Origin: Candidatus Marinacidobacterales bacterium
GTDB lineage: Bacteria; Acidobacteriota; Vicinamibacteria; Marinacidobacterales; DATDRI01
Direction of reading: 5' to 3'
DNA: 64,000 nt
Assembly (NCBI GenBank): GCA_965219415.1
Contig: OZ244742.1
Location: 1,568,001 to 1,632,000 of the forward strand
Below, one piece after another: positions 60,617 to 64,000 of the stretch; the stretch's first letter is position 1, and each line of letters begins with the position of its first letter. The notes beneath the pieces were generated by a model. It was not told the DNA's origin, ran no database searches, and saw only the letters and a list, made by a program, of their open reading frames with translations. A program made the translations under genes and the position numbers.

Positions 60617-61030
60617 CTAATCCTTTAGAACCCAGTTTGCTAAACTCACGACCCACTCAGTGGCGAGCACCGAAAAATAGACGCCTAAAATACCAGCAAG
60701 AATGGTTGTAACCATAATCATCGCCAGGCCAGCAACGTAACTCCGCGTAGGCTGATCCTTGTAAACTGTGACCCATGCTTGGAAGTCTGATCGAATCCCA
60801 GCCTTGATGGCTTTAAAGTCAAATCGGCGAACCAGCCATTCCTTCGTTCTCTCCACCGCGAAGATGAAAAGAAGTGTACCGCCTGAGAACAGAAAGAAGT
60901 CTCCTAATCGATCACTCATACCTAACCACCGCTTCCAAGTTGTCCCGTCATCGATCCAGCCGGGCAATTTCCAAAGGATGAGGAGAACGACACCGAACGG
61001 GCCAGCCCAAAAGCGCTTACGCTTACGCAT
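60617..61030 (-). CDS. Passenger membrane protein (about 3 TM segments) within IS1595
   Basis: 137 aa, hydrophobic segments, GAGGAG upstream, lower-GC region inside the IRs. Confidence 0.6.
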   Translation of the reverse strand: MRKRKRFWAGPFGVVLLILWKLPGWIDDGTTWKRWLGMSDRLGDFFLFSGGTLLFIFAVERTKEWLVRRFDFKAIKAGIRSDFQAWVTVYKDQPTRSYVAGLAMIMVTTILAGILGVYFSVLATEWVVSLANWVLKD

Positions 61031-61153
61031 CCGCGCATGCTATTCTCTCCTCAATGGTTGTGTCAAGTGGATAATTGCCCAACCTTCGGCACCGCCCTGT
61101 CCGACAGTCAGTGTGTCGCTTGCCTCGCAGGGACTTTCGACTATGATTCCCCG

Positions 61154-61330
61154 ATGCCGACCCTCACCCAATTGCTCGAACGAGGCAAGGACGACGTTAT
61201 CGCAATGGGGGCCCCTGGCCGCCAGCCGCACACCTATGCGGATTTGCGTCGTCACGTAACGGAGGGCTTCACCGAGGGTTGGTTCCGGAGCGGGATCAGG
61301 GCGTCATCGACGACGCGGTTCTCGCTATGA
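61154..61330 (+). pseudogene. Collapsed remnant of an AMP-dependent acyl-CoA synthetase
   Basis: N-terminus MPTLTQLLERGKDDVIAMGAPGRQPHTYADLRRHV joined directly to a C-terminal motif FTEGWFRSG(D)QGVIDD. Confidence 0.6.
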
Positions 61331-61362
61331 CGAGACTGCGGGCTCGCACCGCTGGGTGAAAC

Positions 61363-62835
61363 GTGTCGGGAGAAAAGAACAAAGATCTCGAGGACTTGGA
61401 GCTCCCTCGCACCAGTCCGGGCAATCTCTTAAGGTTGTTTGGCCCGGGCATGATCTTGATGATGACCGGTGTTGGGACGAGTCACATGGTGACCGCCCCG
61501 GTAGCCGGGGGCCGCTTCGGCTATGCCCTACTCTGGTGCATTCCCGTCGCCTACATTTTCAAATACTACGGGTTCGAGATGGCCTTCCGCTTCACGCACG
61601 CCACGGGAAGGAGCATGCTCGATGCCTATGCCACCGCCTGGAAACGGTGGCCCTTGTGGTACGTGCTGGTCACGACATTGATTCAATGCGTCGTCGGGCA
61701 AGCGGGGCGATTGGTTGCCGCATCGGCGGTGGTCTACTACTTCCTTGCTGAATATGTCGGCGTCAACGTTCCGATCCCGCGTCTCGGATTGACGTTAGGC
61801 CTGGTCGCGGTCGGAATTATTCTACGTGGCCGATACGAAGTGGTCGAAGTCGCCGCCAAGATTGCGGCTGGCGTTCTCATGGTATCGAGCTTGGGCATCT
61901 ATCTCGTCGAGCCTGCTCCTTTGTCCTCGATGAGTCACTTCTTCTTGCTCGACACTCCGGAGGGATCCTGGCTCGTCATCGCCGCGTTTCTAGGACTTCT
62001 ACCCACCGGAATCGACGTCTCCTTGCAAGCATCGGAGTGGGGAAAAGCAAAGAAGGCGGGTATGGGTGGAATCCGGGAGCGACTCGAGCAGCTCGGTCTC
62101 GCGCCCACGTTCGATCCTTTTGCATCACGCAAGGGAGATTTGACCGTCGACACTTCGAAGCTATCGCCTCACACGCGGGCGTACTGCCGTCGCTGGTTCA
62201 AGATCGGATTATGGGATTTCCGGCTGGGTCACGTGATTTCGTTCCTCACCGCCTGCGTGTTCCTCTTGCTGGCGGCAGTATGGCTCTATCCGAGTCCGGT
62301 CGAGGGCGCTGCGGTGATGGGAGAGATTGCGAAGATCTTCACCTTGAGCGTCGGGCCGTGGATGATGATCGTATTCCTAACTGGCGCTTTCGCCGCAACC
62401 TATTCGACCGCTTTCAACTATTTCGATGGCTGGCCGCGCGTCGTGGCCGCGTGCTGTCGGAACTTGTTCAAGCCCACGGCATCACTAAAGGGAATCGCGA
62501 AGGAGGATCTTACGCCCGAGCATCGAAGCAAGTGGTACTCCGAGTACAACATCTACCGCATGACGATGCTCTTCTCTCTGGTGGCCTCGGTCTCCATCAT
62601 CGCCGGCGCGCCAAAACCGGTGTGGTTAGTCCTAGTCGCTTCGGCGCTGGCGTTTTTCATCGCCCCAGTGGTCTTCTATCTGAATCTCTACTATTGTTTC
62701 TCCGTGATCCCACGAGACGATAAGGAGTTCTATCCCTCCCGTTTTGCGACGTGGTTCAGCTGGGCCAGCCTGGCGATATTCACAGGCATGACCGCGCTAC
62801 TGATACTGGCCCGCGTTCTTAAGGTCGAGTTTTAG
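61363..62835 (+). CDS. NRAMP-superfamily membrane transporter
   Basis: LFGPGMILMMTGVGTSH..AGGRFGYALLW, GAFAATYST, about 11 TM segments. Confidence 0.8.
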   Translation: MSGEKNKDLEDLELPRTSPGNLLRLFGPGMILMMTGVGTSHMVTAPVAGGRFGYALLWCIPVAYIFKYYGFEMAFRFTHATGRSMLDAYATAWKRWPLWYVLVTTLIQCVVGQAGRLVAASAVVYYFLAEYVGVNVPIPRLGLTLGLVAVGIILRGRYEVVEVAAKIAAGVLMVSSLGIYLVEPAPLSSMSHFFLLDTPEGSWLVIAAFLGLLPTGIDVSLQASEWGKAKKAGMGGIRERLEQLGLAPTFDPFASRKGDLTVDTSKLSPHTRAYCRRWFKIGLWDFRLGHVISFLTACVFLLLAAVWLYPSPVEGAAVMGEIAKIFTLSVGPWMMIVFLTGAFAATYSTAFNYFDGWPRVVAACCRNLFKPTASLKGIAKEDLTPEHRSKWYSEYNIYRMTMLFSLVASVSIIAGAPKPVWLVLVASALAFFIAPVVFYLNLYYCFSVIPRDDKEFYPSRFATWFSWASLAIFTGMTALLILARVLKVEF

Positions 62836-63434
62836 CTACCCTGCTTCGGACGAACCTTGAGATCGTTCTCGAGCGTCTTCACCATCCCGCCGACGGACAG
62901 TACGGCGCGTGAGGCCGTCTCTTTGTCTTCCTCGGAAAACACGTAACCCATGAGCTTGACGTCGCCCTTTACGACGACGATATGCATCGGGTGAGGACCG
63001 CGGGGCAAGGAGCTCTGCGCGCCGACGGCATAGTACATCGCCTCTTTCGCGTAGGGTTGCATGGTGGTGTAGTAGATTGAGCGGTAGATTTGCCGGCGGA
63101 GCTGTTCGTCCGACTTCGGGGTCCGGGTAAACTCAATTTCGTTTTTCACTTCCTTGACCCCTTTGACCTTCTTGACCGCCGCGGGAGCCTGGGACCTAAG
63201 AGAGGTCCGGTGCGCGAACCCCCTCAAGTAGACGACATTGTCCTTGATGCCGAACGTAAGCCAGTCATAAACGGTGTAGTCAGGCAAGTTCGCGATGACG
63301 GACAGAATGTCCTGCGTCATCTTCATCAGTTCTTCTTGATCTGCCTGTCCATGCGCGTCGACGCGGGGCGCCACCGTCATTGCGGCCAGAATCACTGCTA
63401 GTGCTGCGGGACGTATCCGTTGACGCGTACTCAT
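62832..63434 (-). CDS. BON-domain periplasmic protein
   Basis: Signal peptide; YTVYDWL..VVYLRG..VKGVKEVKNEI; HIVVVKGDVKLMG..LENDLKV. Confidence 0.8.
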   Translation of the reverse strand: MSTRQRIRPAALAVILAAMTVAPRVDAHGQADQEELMKMTQDILSVIANLPDYTVYDWLTFGIKDNVVYLRGFAHRTSLRSQAPAAVKKVKGVKEVKNEIEFTRTPKSDEQLRRQIYRSIYYTTMQPYAKEAMYYAVGAQSSLPRGPHPMHIVVVKGDVKLMGYVFSEEDKETASRAVLSVGGMVKTLENDLKVRPKQGS

Positions 63435-63597
63435 TCATCTCCTCCTCTGTGACCACCTTCGGCAGGTGGCGTCGGCCCGAAATTTCAAACCGGAAGGATA
63501 GCCGGCCGGACAGCTTATGTAAAGCCCAGTACAAAGGGGGGAGCGAATCCTCGATGTGATAGGATTCTGCGAATTTCAGAGCGATTGGAAGGCTCGG

Positions 63598-63804
63598 ATG
63601 AAAGATTTCTTTCCCATGCTCAAGAGTGAGGGCCGGTATCTGTGCGCCCTGCTGCTTTTCTCCATCCTCGCCTTCCTCCCTTGGTGGCGGGAAGTGTATG
63701 TCGCCGGCATGTCCGTGTTTGGGTGGCTCATGGCCATCCTCATGGTCTTTTCTCCCGCGACCGCCTTGATCCTCTTCCGTTGGGAGCGCAAGCGAGACTC
63801 ATGA
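63598..63804 (+). CDS. Small two-TM protein preceding a solute:sodium symporter
   Basis: Two hydrophobic helices; ATGA overlap with the symporter start. Confidence 0.6.
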   Translation: MKDFFPMLKSEGRYLCALLLFSILAFLPWWREVYVAGMSVFGWLMAILMVFSPATALILFRWERKRDS

Positions 63805-64000
63805 GTCTCGAAATGGCGTTGGTTCTCGCCTACCTGGGTGGGTGTATCGGGATTGGTATTTTCGCCTCACGCAAGGTCTTGGCGTCGAAGGACGAGTACT
63901 GGGTGGCGGGCCGTCGGATAGGAACTTTCGTCAATTCCATGGCGATCATGGCGACCCTCGCTAGCGGCGGCTCGATCATCGGTGTCATGGGATTGGCGTA
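63801..64000 (+). CDS. Sodium:solute symporter family protein (3' partial)
   Basis: MSLEMALVLAYLGGCIGIGIFASRK..DEYWVAGRRIG..ATLASGGSIIG. Confidence 0.8.
   Translation, partial: MSLEMALVLAYLGGCIGIGIFASRKVLASKDEYWVAGRRIGTFVNSMAIMATLASGGSIIGVMGLA

Larger units (their letters stand above)
59339..61079 (+). mobile_element. IS1595-family element with passenger genes (1741 bp)
   Basis: 25-bp IRs GGCGATTATCCACTTTACACAACCA / GGCAATTATCCACTTGACACAACCA (2 mismatches); 8-bp TSD CAACCTTC at 59331-59338 and 61080-61087. Confidence 0.95.

Noticed and set aside
60471-60656. Second passenger ORF (61 aa) in the IS1595
   Set aside because: Short, overlaps the 137-aa ORF, contains an 11-bp duplication and has no motif; not supportable

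Overview
GC-rich bacterial chromosomal segment. Gene content (DUF4388, carboxypeptidase-domain TonB receptor, MJ0042 zinc ribbon next to pilT, DUF222-like HNH, GTGGGGCCCCAC repeats) suggests Acidobacteriota/Vicinamibacteria; this is inference. Main blocks: addB-addA; an F420 operon (cofG-cofH-cofD-cofC-LLM, no cofE in the window) with a second Mer-like LLM nearby; an atypical guaB/GMP-reductase-like gene preceded by a ~230 nt structured non-coding element; and a polyphosphate island (ppk1, CHAD-CYTH, apaH, ppx, ppk2/pap) divergent from a Ser/Thr kinase-PP2C pair. Three IS elements have readable ends: IS256 splits an AlkP-superfamily gene, ISL3 splits an M23 peptidase, and an IS1595 carries two passenger ORFs. 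Many accessory genes are broken by frameshifts, in-frame stops, short tandem duplications and internal deletions, while long core genes are intact, which suggests ongoing genome erosion (assembly error not excluded). No rRNA, tRNA or CRISPR array was seen. All family calls are by motif recognition; no searches were run.
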